A DNA stretch of 61,262 bases, the filler included, from Nemertoderma westbladi (taxonomy: Eukaryota > Animalia > Xenacoelomorpha), in the NCBI GenBank assembly GCA_032718475.1. It is 3 parts of 3 records of this genome, joined end to end, with 100 filler letters (N's around TTAATTAATTAA, not from the genome) between each part and the next. Parts side by side here need not be neighbours in the genome. Positions count along the whole stretch, not along the records: positions 1 to 13,549 come from JAUCBJ010006910.1; 2 more parts are not named here. One strand, given 5' to 3'. Made by a program: the position numbers and the translations under genes. Every line of letters starts with the position of its first letter. Within the stretch, counting starts at the first letter, position 1. Positions 1 through 9,597 of the stretch are shown in pieces. The notes below the pieces were generated by a model that saw only the letters and a list, made by a program, of their open reading frames with translations, was not told where the DNA came from and made no database searches.

Positions 1-479
1 TGGAAGAGGAGGAAGATGTGGATGTGGCGGCTGAAATAGCGAAGGAGAATGAAGCAATATTGGTGGCTATGTATGCGAGGGAGAAAGAAGAAGCGCGGTT
101 GGAGAGGTTGTTAAATCCGAGAAACAAGTGGGAGGAGATAGAGAAGAACCATTATTTGGAGGAAGAGGCGAGAAAGAACAGCGCGTGGGGTGAAGATTGG
201 GAGTTGGAGATGGAGGCTGAGGGGGTTAGGAGAGCGAGGGAAGCTGAGAGGTGTGCGCAGGAGAAGGTGATGAAAGAAAGGATTGAGATGTTAGAAGGAA
301 TGATGGAGGTGTTGGGTGATGGTGGTGGTGGTAATGGTAATAATGCGGTGGATGTAGATAGCGAGGATAGTGGGATAAATGGGTGAGTTGGTGGAAGAAA
401 TTTTAAAATAGTAATGGTGATGGATTTAAGTATAATAATCAAATTTGTTGGTATAATGATAATATTATAAATACAATAA

Positions 480-1235
480 CCATACTTCGCCGTAGCTCGC
501 CCCACAACTCATTAATGGTGCCCATATGCTAAGGCTTCACTCGCTTCATGGCTCGCCCCATTTTTTCAATGTTGGAAAGGAATGAAGGGGATGTCGGGTG
601 ATGGTGGTAGTGGTAATGATGTTGTGGATGCGGAAGAAGATTGGGCAGATGGTGATAGCGGGATAAGCGGGTGGGGTGGTGGGAGAAATTTTTAAATAAA
701 GCGGCGTCGGATTTAAGTAAATGATCAAATTAAAATAACCTTACTTCGATGCTATCACTCACTTCATGGCTCGCCCCATAGGTAGAATAATCAAATTAAA
801 ATAATATTATAAATACTATAACCTTATACTCACTTCGTGGCTCGCCCCACAACTTGTTGCGTAGTGATAAGTATAAATACAATAACCTTACTTCGATGCT
901 ATCACTCACTTCATGGCTCGCCCCATAGGTTGTTGCGTAGTGATAGGCTGTCGTTAGTTGAATACAATAACCTTACTTCGATGCTATCACTCACTTCATG
1001 GCTCGCCCCATAGGTAGAATAATCAAATTAAAATAATATTATTATAAATACTATAACCTTATACTCACTTCGCGGCTCGCCCCACAACTTGTTGCGTAGT
1101 GATAAGTATAAATACAATAACCTTACTTCGATGCTATCACTCACTTCATGGCTCGCCCCATAGGTAGAATAATCAAATTCAAATAATATTATAAATACCT
1201 TATTCTCACTTCGCGGCTCGCCCCCACAACTTATT
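480..1235. repeat. Degenerate tandem repeat built on CCTTACTTCGATGCTATCACTCACTTCATGGCTCGCCCC
   Basis: The motif cttc(a/g)(t/c)ggctcgcccc recurs about nine times with shuffled AT-rich spacers. Confidence 0.7.
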
Positions 1236-1465
1236 GCTTGACAATATTGGTAGCCACCGTTAGTCTGTGTTTATTCACCTTTTTTAGTTGTTGCGTCTGT
1301 AATAGTCTATCATGTTAAAGACTTTTATAACAAACGTCTGCAACCCACTTACTATATTGGGTTTTACCTATTGCGGTTCAAGGTCAAACGCCAACCAGTA
1401 GACACGAATTAATTAAATTACTTCCGTCTGCGAACTGGCCTTATACCGCATATGTCACATATGCA

Positions 1466-1610
1466 CAATGGTAACCATGGTAACCATAGTAAGTGGGTGG
1501 GGGGCAACAATGGTAATCATAGTAAGTAGGCGGGGCAAGAATGGTAACCATGGTAACCATAGTAAGTGGGTGGGGCAACAATAGTAATTATAGTAAGTAG
1601 GCGGGGCAAG
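1466..1610. repeat. Short minisatellite (ATGGTAACCATAGTAAGTGGGTGGGGCAA-type)
   Basis: About four imperfect copies read directly from the sequence. Confidence 0.7.
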
Positions 1611-1643
1611 AGCCGTTCGGCAAATTCTTTAACATGGTAGACT

Positions 1644-2492
1644 ATGGCAGACACTGTCTTAATCCCGGTGTTTAGCATACTACTAACATATCAAAGACAG
1701 GTAGACAAAGACACCGTGGTTGGAATAGACCGTACGTTCAACCTGGGTCTAGCTAGCTTATGTAACGACTACTGTATGCAAACACACAGCTGTCCTCCAC
1801 AAGGAGACATCCCAACCCCCAATAATTCTTGGGCCACTCCTACTTCATTGGGATGGGGACTTTGAAACGTATTATGCGTTTTTATCACATATTAAATCAG
1901 TGAGGACCATCTTAATATAGAAATTAAAATAGGTTCCAACCAGGAAAAGGGTCTAACAAAAGCAATTCGTTCCGTCTTTCCAGATTCTACTTTACTGCTA
2001 TGTAGCAAACATTTGAAGGATGATGTGAGTAGATATTTAGCTAACAAGATTGGATGTGTTGTTAAGGATAGAAGTGAAATTATAATTAAGATTTTTGGAC
2101 CCAATGGAATAGCTAAATGCCCCAACGAGTGTACTTACCAACGTGGATTAGTGCAATTAGAGCATTTCTTTATTAAATATCCAGCCTTTAAGGTCTACTT
2201 TGACAAATATATTTGTAAGCAGTTTTACGAATATGTTACTGAATCCTATCAGAAAGGACATATGGAGAAATTATGGACAAATAACAATTGCGAGAGTATA
2301 AACAACATATTAAAATTAGAGATCGACTGGCACCCCAAGAAGTTGCCGGATTTAATATGTCCTCTATCTAATGTTAGTAATGTCCAAATGCTCAATATTC
2401 AGCGTTCTTTGTATGGTGCTGAAAACTACATAATTTCACCAGCATTCCGAAAGTACAGGATGATCCCTCGACATGGGCGACCTACACAGTAG
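1644..2492 (+). pseudogene. Mutator-like (MULE) DDE transposase remnant
   Basis: Frameshifted pieces contain GIDRTFNLG, LLCSKHLKDDV and WTNNNCESINNILK, resembling the MULE DxTF, CxxH and TNNxxES motifs. Confidence 0.7.
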
Positions 2493-2629
2493 AAGAGACA
2501 CAGTATAACACAGATAACTACGTACTCTATATATTAGTTGGCCAGTTAATACTATTAACTATTAATTATATATAGTATTTAATGTCTATTAAGTGTCTTA
2601 TAGTGTATGTATTAACAATTAGTATATGA

Positions 2630-3962
2630 AAGCCGACGACCAGCCACCCACAGGTGATTTATGGAGGATCGCTAGAAGTCGGCTAAGTCTACATGGAAGT
2701 ATTTAGGTTAGGCCAAGTTTCAACCACTCTTGGGTCATGTAAGAGGCGACTATTCGACGAACTGAGAGTAAGTCGCCAGTGGTCGGCTGGTTGGCTTACA
2801 TATATCATCATAGGCCTATATTAGACTATATGGGGGGTCGCTAAAAGTCGCAAAACTTTATATGTAGACTATAGGTGGAGCCAACTTTGCCAACCAATTC
2901 GACTCTTCCAATCACCTCTTGGGCCGTGTATAAAGGCGACTATTCGACCCAGTGAACTGAGAGTAAGTCGCAAGTGGTTGGCTGGTTGGCATACATATAT
3001 CATCATAGGCCTACATTAGACTATATGGGGGGTCGATAAAAGTCGCAAAACTTTATATGTAGACTATAGGTGGAGCCAACTTTGCCAACCAATTCGACTC
3101 TTCCAATCACCTCTTGGGCCGTGTATAAAGGCGACTATTCGACCCAGTGAACTGAGAGTAAGTCGCAAGTGGTTGGCTGGTTGGCATACATATATCATCA
3201 TAGGCCTACATTAGACTATATGGGGGGTCGATAAAAGTCGCAAAACTTTATATGTAGACTATAGGTGGAGCCAACTTTGCCAACCAATTCGACTCTTCCG
3301 ACCACCTCTTGGGCCGTGTATAAAGGCGACTATTCGACCCAGTGAACTGAGAGTAAGTCGCAAGTGGTCGGCTTACACATCGGCTCCACCTATAGTCTAT
3401 ATATAAACTTTTGTGACTTTTAGCGACCCTCTATATCGTCTATTAAGGCCTTACATATGTAATCCAACCAGCCCACAACTTACGACTTCTCTCAGTTTTT
3501 CAGTTCACTGAGTCGCCTTTATACACGGTACAAGGGGTGGTTGGAAGAGTCCAATTGGTCGTCAAAGTCGGCTCCACCTATAGTCTACATAAAAAGTTGA
3601 CTTTTAGTGACCCGCCATATAGTCTAATGTAGGCCTATGTTGATATATGTAAGCCGACCACTTGCGACTTACTCTCAGTTCACTGGGTCGAATAGTCGTC
3701 TTTATACCTGTATAACATAATATAATTATCTTATGACTTACTCTCAGTTTTTCAGTTCACTGAGTCGTCTTTATACACGGTACAAGGGGTGGTTGGAAGA
3801 GTCCAATTGGTCGTCAAAGTCGGCTCCACCTATAGTCTACATAAAAAGTTGACTTTTAGTGACCCGCCATATAGTCTAATGTAGGCCTATGTTGATATAT
3901 GTAAGCCGACCACTTGCGACTTACTCTCAGTTCACTGGGTCGAATAGTCGTCTTTATACCTG
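2630..3962. repeat. Foldback structure: 195-bp tandem units followed by inverted copies
   Basis: TGGGGGGTCG occurs at 2831, 3026 and 3221 (period 195). From about 3380 the same blocks appear reverse-complemented, e.g. agactataggtggagcc vs ggctccacctatagtct. Confidence 0.8.
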
Positions 3963-4696
3963 TATAACATAATGTAATTATCTTATAAAAAGTAATACTT
4001 ATAGTGTGTAAGCATTACACCAATCATATTGCCTAAAATGTGATGAGTTATAGTTAACTTGGCCAAGAAGGCGTGTGATAGGCTGCGACCTGCCGACTGG
4101 GTCCGACCATTAGTCACCAAATACGGGTCGAATGGGATTTGCATTGTGTTTCCCCCCTGTCACAGCAGTACTACTACTACTATTTTTTGAAATTTTCGAA
4201 TTTTACAAAGTCATTCGTGATTTAGTAATTATTTATGTTTGGGCTATTTTTATTTATTTTTATTGGTTTGGATAACTCTAATGCTCTATACAAGTATGTA
4301 AGTGTAGTGGTACGTCATTATTTTTGGAGCACCAAAATTAGGGCGTGGCACTTTAAAATTTAAAAATTACTTTATTCGGAAAATTTACTATAGTTTTGAT
4401 TTCGAAGCATTTTTATTGGTTTTCTGGAGCGCTGAATCGATTGAAAGTAATATAGAAGCCTGAAGAGTTAGTGGTTCGCCATTTTTGGTGCACCAAATTA
4501 GGGCGTTTATTATAGGAAGGGATCTAGGGGTCTTTACCTCGAATGATAAGTTTATTTTACCGAAAATAACTTATCTTTTTATTGGCGCAATTGTAGGACT
4601 AATCCCATCACATGCGTACTTTTTTTTTTACCGGGTAGTGTACAAATTTAAGAATCGCGTAATTTTTCTTGATATTAATATCTCATATCTCTCCAA

Positions 4697-4739
4697 ACCA
4701 CATACGCGTTTCGACCTTACTGGGTCTCATCAGCGTGGT
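4697..4739 (-). ncRNA. Type I minimal hammerhead ribozyme, copy 1
   Basis: ACCACG-CUGAUGA-GACC cagtaa GGUC-GAAA-CGCG-UA-UGUGGU. Intact core, stems I and II, palindromic stem III. Predicted cut between 4703 and 4702. Confidence 0.9.
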
Positions 4740-4797
4740 GTCGGATTCGAACCTGGGACCTCGAGGTGGAAGCCGAGACTACAACCACTAGGCCACA
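4737..4797 (-). pseudogene. tRNA-derived head (Gly-TCC-like) with Pol III A and B boxes, copy 1
   Basis: TGGCCTAGTGG (A box), CTCGG-CTTCCAC anticodon-like arm and GGTTCGAATCC (B box). Acceptor and T stems are degenerate. Confidence 0.7.
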
Positions 4798-5120
4798 GGT
4801 TCTTGAGATATGGAGTATTAATTTCAAAGCCAGCTGCCATTTAATTAGCCCCTGAGTTTTTTGATAATTGATAGTAACAATGTGTTGGCAAGCTGTATTT
4901 TTTGAGGTGTTTGTTATTATACATTTATTATAGGAAGGGATCTAGGGGTCTTTACCTCGAATGATAGGTTTATTTTACCGAAAATAACTTATCTTTTATT
5001 GGCGCAATTGTAGGACTAATCCCATCACATGTGTACTTTTGTTTTTTTTTTTAACCGGGTAGTGTACAAATTTAAGAATCGCGTAATTTTTCTTGAAATT
5101 AATATCTAATATCTCTCCAA

Positions 5121-5163
5121 ACCACGTACGCGTTTCGACCTTACTGGGTCTCATCAGCGTGGT
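5121..5163 (-). ncRNA. Type I minimal hammerhead ribozyme, copy 2
   Basis: Same core as copy 1, with a perfect stem I ACCACG/CGUGGU. Predicted cut between 5127 and 5126. Confidence 0.9.
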
Positions 5164-5221
5164 GTCGGATTCGAACCTGGGACCTCGAGGTGGAAGCCGA
5201 GACTACAACCACTAGGCCACA
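5161..5221 (-). pseudogene. tRNA-derived head with A and B boxes, copy 2
   Basis: Identical to 4737-4797. Confidence 0.7.
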
Positions 5222-6117
5222 GGTTCTTGAGATATGGAGTATTAATTTCAAAGCCAGCTGCCATTTTATTAGCCCCTGAGTTTTTTGATAATTTGTAATA
5301 AATGATTTGTAAATTTGTAATAAATAATAAATGTATAATAACAAACACCTCGAAAAATACAGCTTGCCAACACATTGTTACTATCAATTATCAAATTAGG
5401 GCGTGGCACTTCAAATTTTAAAAAATACGAGATTCGGAAAATACACTAAAGTTTTGATTTCAAATCATTTTTATAGGTTTTCTGGAGCGCTGAATCGATT
5501 GAAAGTAATATAGAAGGCTCAAATCCTTGGTTTACGTAATTTTCGGTGCACCAAAATTAGGGCGTCGCACTTCAAATTTTCAAAATTACTTTATTCGGAA
5601 AAAACACTAAAGTTTTGATTTCAAAAAATGGCTAACCTCTAAGTCTTCAGGCTTCTATATTACTTTCAATCGATTCAGCGGTCTAGAAAACCTATATAAA
5701 TGCGTTAAAATTTCAATTTTGGTTTATTTTCCGAATCTTGTATTTTTCAAAACTTGAAGTGCCACGCCCTAATTTTGGTGCACCAAAAATGGCGAACCAC
5801 TAAGTCTTCAGGCTTATATCACTTTCACTCGATTCAGCGGCCCAGAAAACCTATAAAGATGCGTTGAAATTAAAAAAATTAGGGGCATTTTCTGAATATC
5901 TAATTGTTCAAAATTTGAAGTGCCACGCCCACTTATTAGGTGCACGAAAAATAGCATCCACTTCAATTTTTGGAAATGGAATATAATCACATTCGATTCA
6001 GCGTTTTGAAAAACCTACTAAATAGATGAACTTACGTGCCCGGGTCACCGGTGGAAACATATCAATGGGGGGAGGTTGAGACTGATCTATTATCGAATGA
6101 CCGAGAGAAAATTTAGT

Positions 6118-6190
6118 TGCCAATATTTCAGCCACTATATTATAGATTGCAAAACAAACAATAATATAAATACAGGCCTTCATCAGGGCA
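6118..6190 (-). ncRNA. Hammerhead-like motif in the Penelope pseudo-LTR, copy 1
   Basis: UGCC-CUGAUGA-A-GGCC..(UAUAUUAU/AUAAUAUA hairpin)..GGCU-GAA-AUAU-U-GGCA. Minimal palindromic stem III. Confidence 0.7.
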
Positions 6191-6465
6191 TACGGAGATT
6201 ACTCACAAATGTAAAAAACTAGACTACTGTCAACCAGCTACCGGTACTACTTACTACAATACTACTGCTACTGTCTGACTGCACCACTACTGTATGTACA
6301 ATGAACGAAGAGCACTGAACTACAGTATAACGCAAACATACAGTATGACAAAACGGGATATAATGTAATTTGGAGCCGAAGAAATTTAAATATTACAAAT
6401 TTTGCGTCCGAAAAAATTATTAAATTACGTGCAAATCAGAAAAGTGTTATATTTACCGGCACTAC

Positions 6466-9315
6466 CTACCAGCCAGTGTTATGTGGTTGCACGTACTGTG
6501 TATTGAGTGTGGGGTGTAATTGCTGGATGAAATGTTTCTCACTTATTTTCCTATCTGCCCAGTCTTTGCATGTGCGAACTATACGAATTGTGAATGGCTG
6601 TGCGATACTATGTTGTCCAGGGTGTACGTCGAGAAAATGCTCACCAATGGCTTCCTTGCGATTTCTGCAGCGAATGCAGCTGCGATGCTGCATCATTCTG
6701 TTCCTGAGGCGCCCGGACGTCTCCCCTATGTAATTCTCTACCCGCTGAAGGCACAAAGTGCAGGTTATTTCGTAGATTACGTTGCGTACAGTACAGGGTT
6801 TCACCCCGCAGGTGATGCATGTGTAACATTCTGTGTTAGTTGGTGCTGGGCAAGTGGCGCCTGTGAGACTGGCTCTGACCAGCTGTTTCTTTAATTTGGG
6901 ACCTGGGGTGTGTACTACTCTTATGTCTCCTCTGAGGTTAGACGTACTAACTATGCGTTGCACCTTTCTACGTAAACCCTCGTTGATAAAAGGTAATACT
7001 AGAGGTACTGGGGAACCATTTCGTGGGGTGTTCATGCGTGTGGGGTGCGGGGGTGCTCCACTGAGTTCGTTATGTATTAATTTGTGGATCATTGAAACAG
7101 GGTAGTCATTGTCCGTGAGAATTGTTTTAATTTTGTCAAGGCTACGCTCACGTCCTTCCAACGTGTTGCTGTTGCGTATGGCTCGCTTGATGGCAGACCT
7201 AGCAGTATTGGTTATTATGTTACGGGGGTGGCAGCTAAAAAAGTTGAGAAATATACCTTTATTGGATGGTTTGATATAGAGTTCGAAATTGATTTGTCCT
7301 GCGTTATTAATTGTTGTGGTTACGTCTAAAAAAGGGATACTGGTGTAAGATTGTTCCATAGTGTACTTAAGGGTCGGGTGGCAGCCATTGAGGTAATCGA
7401 GAAACTTACTAAGTTCCTCTTCCCCATGTTGCCAGACGGCCCACCCATCATCATAGAATCGAAACCAACATGCAACCGATAAGCTATAATTATTTAAAAA
7501 TTCGGATTCCTTAACATGAATATATATTACCGCGAAATGCGCGGCTAAACGTACACCCATTCCCATCCCATCCTTCTGTTGGTAAAATTTACCGTTGAAC
7601 CGGAAAAAAGTGAATTCTAGGCTAATTTTAAGAAGTCCATAAAACTCAGGCATCTCCATACCGAACATATTGATATTGTGTCTATGTTTATTAACAAAGT
7701 CCGAAACTAGGTCAATTCCCTCTTGTACGGGAATATTGGTGTACATAGACACTATATCCAGACTGAAAATAATGTCCCCCGGTTCCAATGGGTCTATCAG
7801 TTTAACTCGTTCAATGAAATCCTTCGTGTTAACTAGACGTTCTGGAACATGGCGTACTGCTTGCCCCAGAACTCTACTGACCAACCATCCTGGCTTCTCC
7901 GCCGCTGATCCAGATCCAGAAGAGATTGGACGCATGGGTTCACCGGGCTTGTGGGTCTTAGGATTGCCGTAAAGTTCCGGTACACGTGGGTGGGTGCTCC
8001 TTAACGCTCTACGTAGATAATCTTGGTCGCTCCGCCCTAAAACGCAGGAAACTCCAGCGTTGATGGTCGTCGTAGCCTTAGGGTTAGGGTCCCTCGGCAA
8101 TGGTGCATAGGAATGGGAATCCGAGAGAATGTCCCTCTCCATCCTGTCGATATAACTGCCGCGTCCCATAACTGCGAAACCACCGCTTTTATCTGTTTTT
8201 TTAACGATTATGTCCTTGTTCGCGCGTATGTGTTTGAGTGCGGTTTGCTCTGTGTGGGTTATGTTATGTTTAGTGCTGCGAGGGTGAGTCAGTTTGCGTT
8301 GAATGAACGCCGACGTAATGGAACTTTTGAGTTTATCCAGGTCTCTCTGAACTGCAGGCGAAACGTCTTCCGGGGGTGGGCTCTGGTAAGTCTCCGGAAA
8401 AGGAATCCTTCCAATCGGTTGCGGTTGTGGGATATTGGAACCGGTACCGGTACTAGCAGTCTGCACTGTTGTGCCGGCGGTATTAGTCGTCCCGGGGCCC
8501 GGCGGTGTCTGCCGTGCTGCGGAAACCTTCTCGCATTCGAGCTTCCAACTTAGCCCGTATGCCAGACGGTCTAAACCGATGGCGACGTCGTCCAAGATGG
8601 TATCACTCACTTCGCGTTGAAGTGCGAATTGTGGTCCTTTGCTGAGTAGCGTACGGGTGCCTCCGGGGAGGGTGAGCGAGTCTTCTACGTGTACCCTGTT
8701 GTGTGCTAATTCTGTAGTGCGTCGGGTCTCTGTGCGGGCTGTTGGGCTAGGTATTGCGCGTAGTTTACCAGCATGCGTTGCAGCAACTTGCCGCTTCGCC
8801 GCAATTGAGATGTTTCCGTTAAATTCCTTCATCCTAGCTAGGAAGGCCGCCGGTAAGTTGAAGTCCTCAATACGTTGTTGTAACTGATGCAACTCCCGGG
8901 TGAGACACTGTATGCGCGCGTGGATCGCACATACCGCCGCTCCGAGTGCTCTACGTTTGTAATTCGTTACGATGTTGCTAAAACTACGGTGCTGAATGCT
9001 AAGTTTTACCGATTGTTCGATGAATGGTGGGAAGATACGCAGTCGTTGGCAGGTATGTAGGAAGTCCTTGTGCTGGTTGTAGCGGGCCAGTTTTTCCGTT
9101 TTGAAGCAAACTCCGAGGAGGGCGTACCGCTGATCGTGCGGGAGAAGAGACTTATAGATGAACTTACGTGCCCGGGTCACCGGTGGAAACATATCAATGG
9201 GGGGAGGTTGAGACTGATCTATTATCGAATGACCGAGAGAAAATTTAGTTGCCAATATTTCAGCCACTATATTATAGATTGCAAAACAAACAATAATATA
9301 AATACAGGCCTTCAT
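6466..9315 (-). CDS. Penelope-like reverse transcriptase + GIY-YIG endonuclease (949 aa; M42 at 9192 may be the true start)
   Basis: Motifs KTDKSGG, YGNPKTHK..MRPI, SLDIVSMYTNIP, QQKDGMGMG, WFRFYDD and PFLDV, then a Cys-rich linker and VIYEITCTLC..YIGET..RMMQH. Confidence 0.95.
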   Translation of the reverse strand: MKACIYIIVCFAIYNIVAEILATKFSLGHSIIDQSQPPPIDMFPPVTRARKFIYKSLLPHDQRYALLGVCFKTEKLARYNQHKDFLHTCQRLRIFPPFIEQSVKLSIQHRSFSNIVTNYKRRALGAAVCAIHARIQCLTRELHQLQQRIEDFNLPAAFLARMKEFNGNISIAAKRQVAATHAGKLRAIPSPTARTETRRTTELAHNRVHVEDSLTLPGGTRTLLSKGPQFALQREVSDTILDDVAIGLDRLAYGLSWKLECEKVSAARQTPPGPGTTNTAGTTVQTASTGTGSNIPQPQPIGRIPFPETYQSPPPEDVSPAVQRDLDKLKSSITSAFIQRKLTHPRSTKHNITHTEQTALKHIRANKDIIVKKTDKSGGFAVMGRGSYIDRMERDILSDSHSYAPLPRDPNPKATTTINAGVSCVLGRSDQDYLRRALRSTHPRVPELYGNPKTHKPGEPMRPISSGSGSAAEKPGWLVSRVLGQAVRHVPERLVNTKDFIERVKLIDPLEPGDIIFSLDIVSMYTNIPVQEGIDLVSDFVNKHRHNINMFGMEMPEFYGLLKISLEFTFFRFNGKFYQQKDGMGMGVRLAAHFAVIYIHVKESEFLNNYSLSVACWFRFYDDGWAVWQHGEEELSKFLDYLNGCHPTLKYTMEQSYTSIPFLDVTTTINNAGQINFELYIKPSNKGIFLNFFSCHPRNIITNTARSAIKRAIRNSNTLEGRERSLDKIKTILTDNDYPVSMIHKLIHNELSGAPPHPTRMNTPRNGSPVPLVLPFINEGLRRKVQRIVSTSNLRGDIRVVHTPGPKLKKQLVRASLTGATCPAPTNTECYTCITCGVKPCTVRNVIYEITCTLCLQRVENYIGETSGRLRNRMMQHRSCIRCRNRKEAIGEHFLDVHPGQHSIAQPFTIRIVRTCKDWADRKISEKHFIQQLHPTLNTQYVQPHNTGW

Positions 9316-9322
9316 CAGGGCA
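9250..9322 (-). ncRNA. Hammerhead-like motif in the Penelope pseudo-LTR, copy 2
   Basis: Identical to 6118-6190, shifted by 3132. Confidence 0.7.
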
Positions 9323-9597
9323 TACGGAGATTACTCACAAATGTAAAAAACTAGACTACTGTCAACCAGCTACCGGTACTACTTACTACAATACTACTGC
9401 TACTGTCTGACTGCACCACTACTGTATGTACAATGAACGAAGAGCACTGAACTACAGTATAACGCAAACATACAGTATGACAAAACGGGATATAATGTAA
9501 TTTGGAGCCGAAGAAATTTAAATATTACAAATTTTGCGTCCGAAAAAATTATTAAATTACGTGCAAATCAGAAAAGTGTTATATTTACCGGCACTAC

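Larger units (their letters stand above)
4507..5391 (-). mobile_element. tRNA-headed hammerhead retrozyme/SINE, about two tandem 424-bp units with an inverted 5' segment
   Basis: Direct repeat of period about 424. A 13-bp target duplication CAAATTAGGGCGT flanks it (4494-4506, 5392-5404). About 5333-5395 is the reverse complement of about 4858-4923. Confidence 0.85.
4320..6021. repeat. AT-rich palindromic repeat element hosting the retrozyme and flanking the Penelope array
   Basis: Units containing gcaccaaaattagggcgtggcactt run forward at about 4330, 4490/5395 and 5550. They recur inverted (aagtgccacgccc) at about 5757 and 5918. Confidence 0.65.

Noticed and set aside
18-386. 122-aa Glu-rich ORF
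   Set aside because: Low-complexity purine-rich sequence at the window edge, with a non-ATG start and no domain.
4737-4797. Functional tRNA-Gly gene
   Set aside because: Acceptor and T stems do not pair properly, and it is part of a repeated mobile unit.
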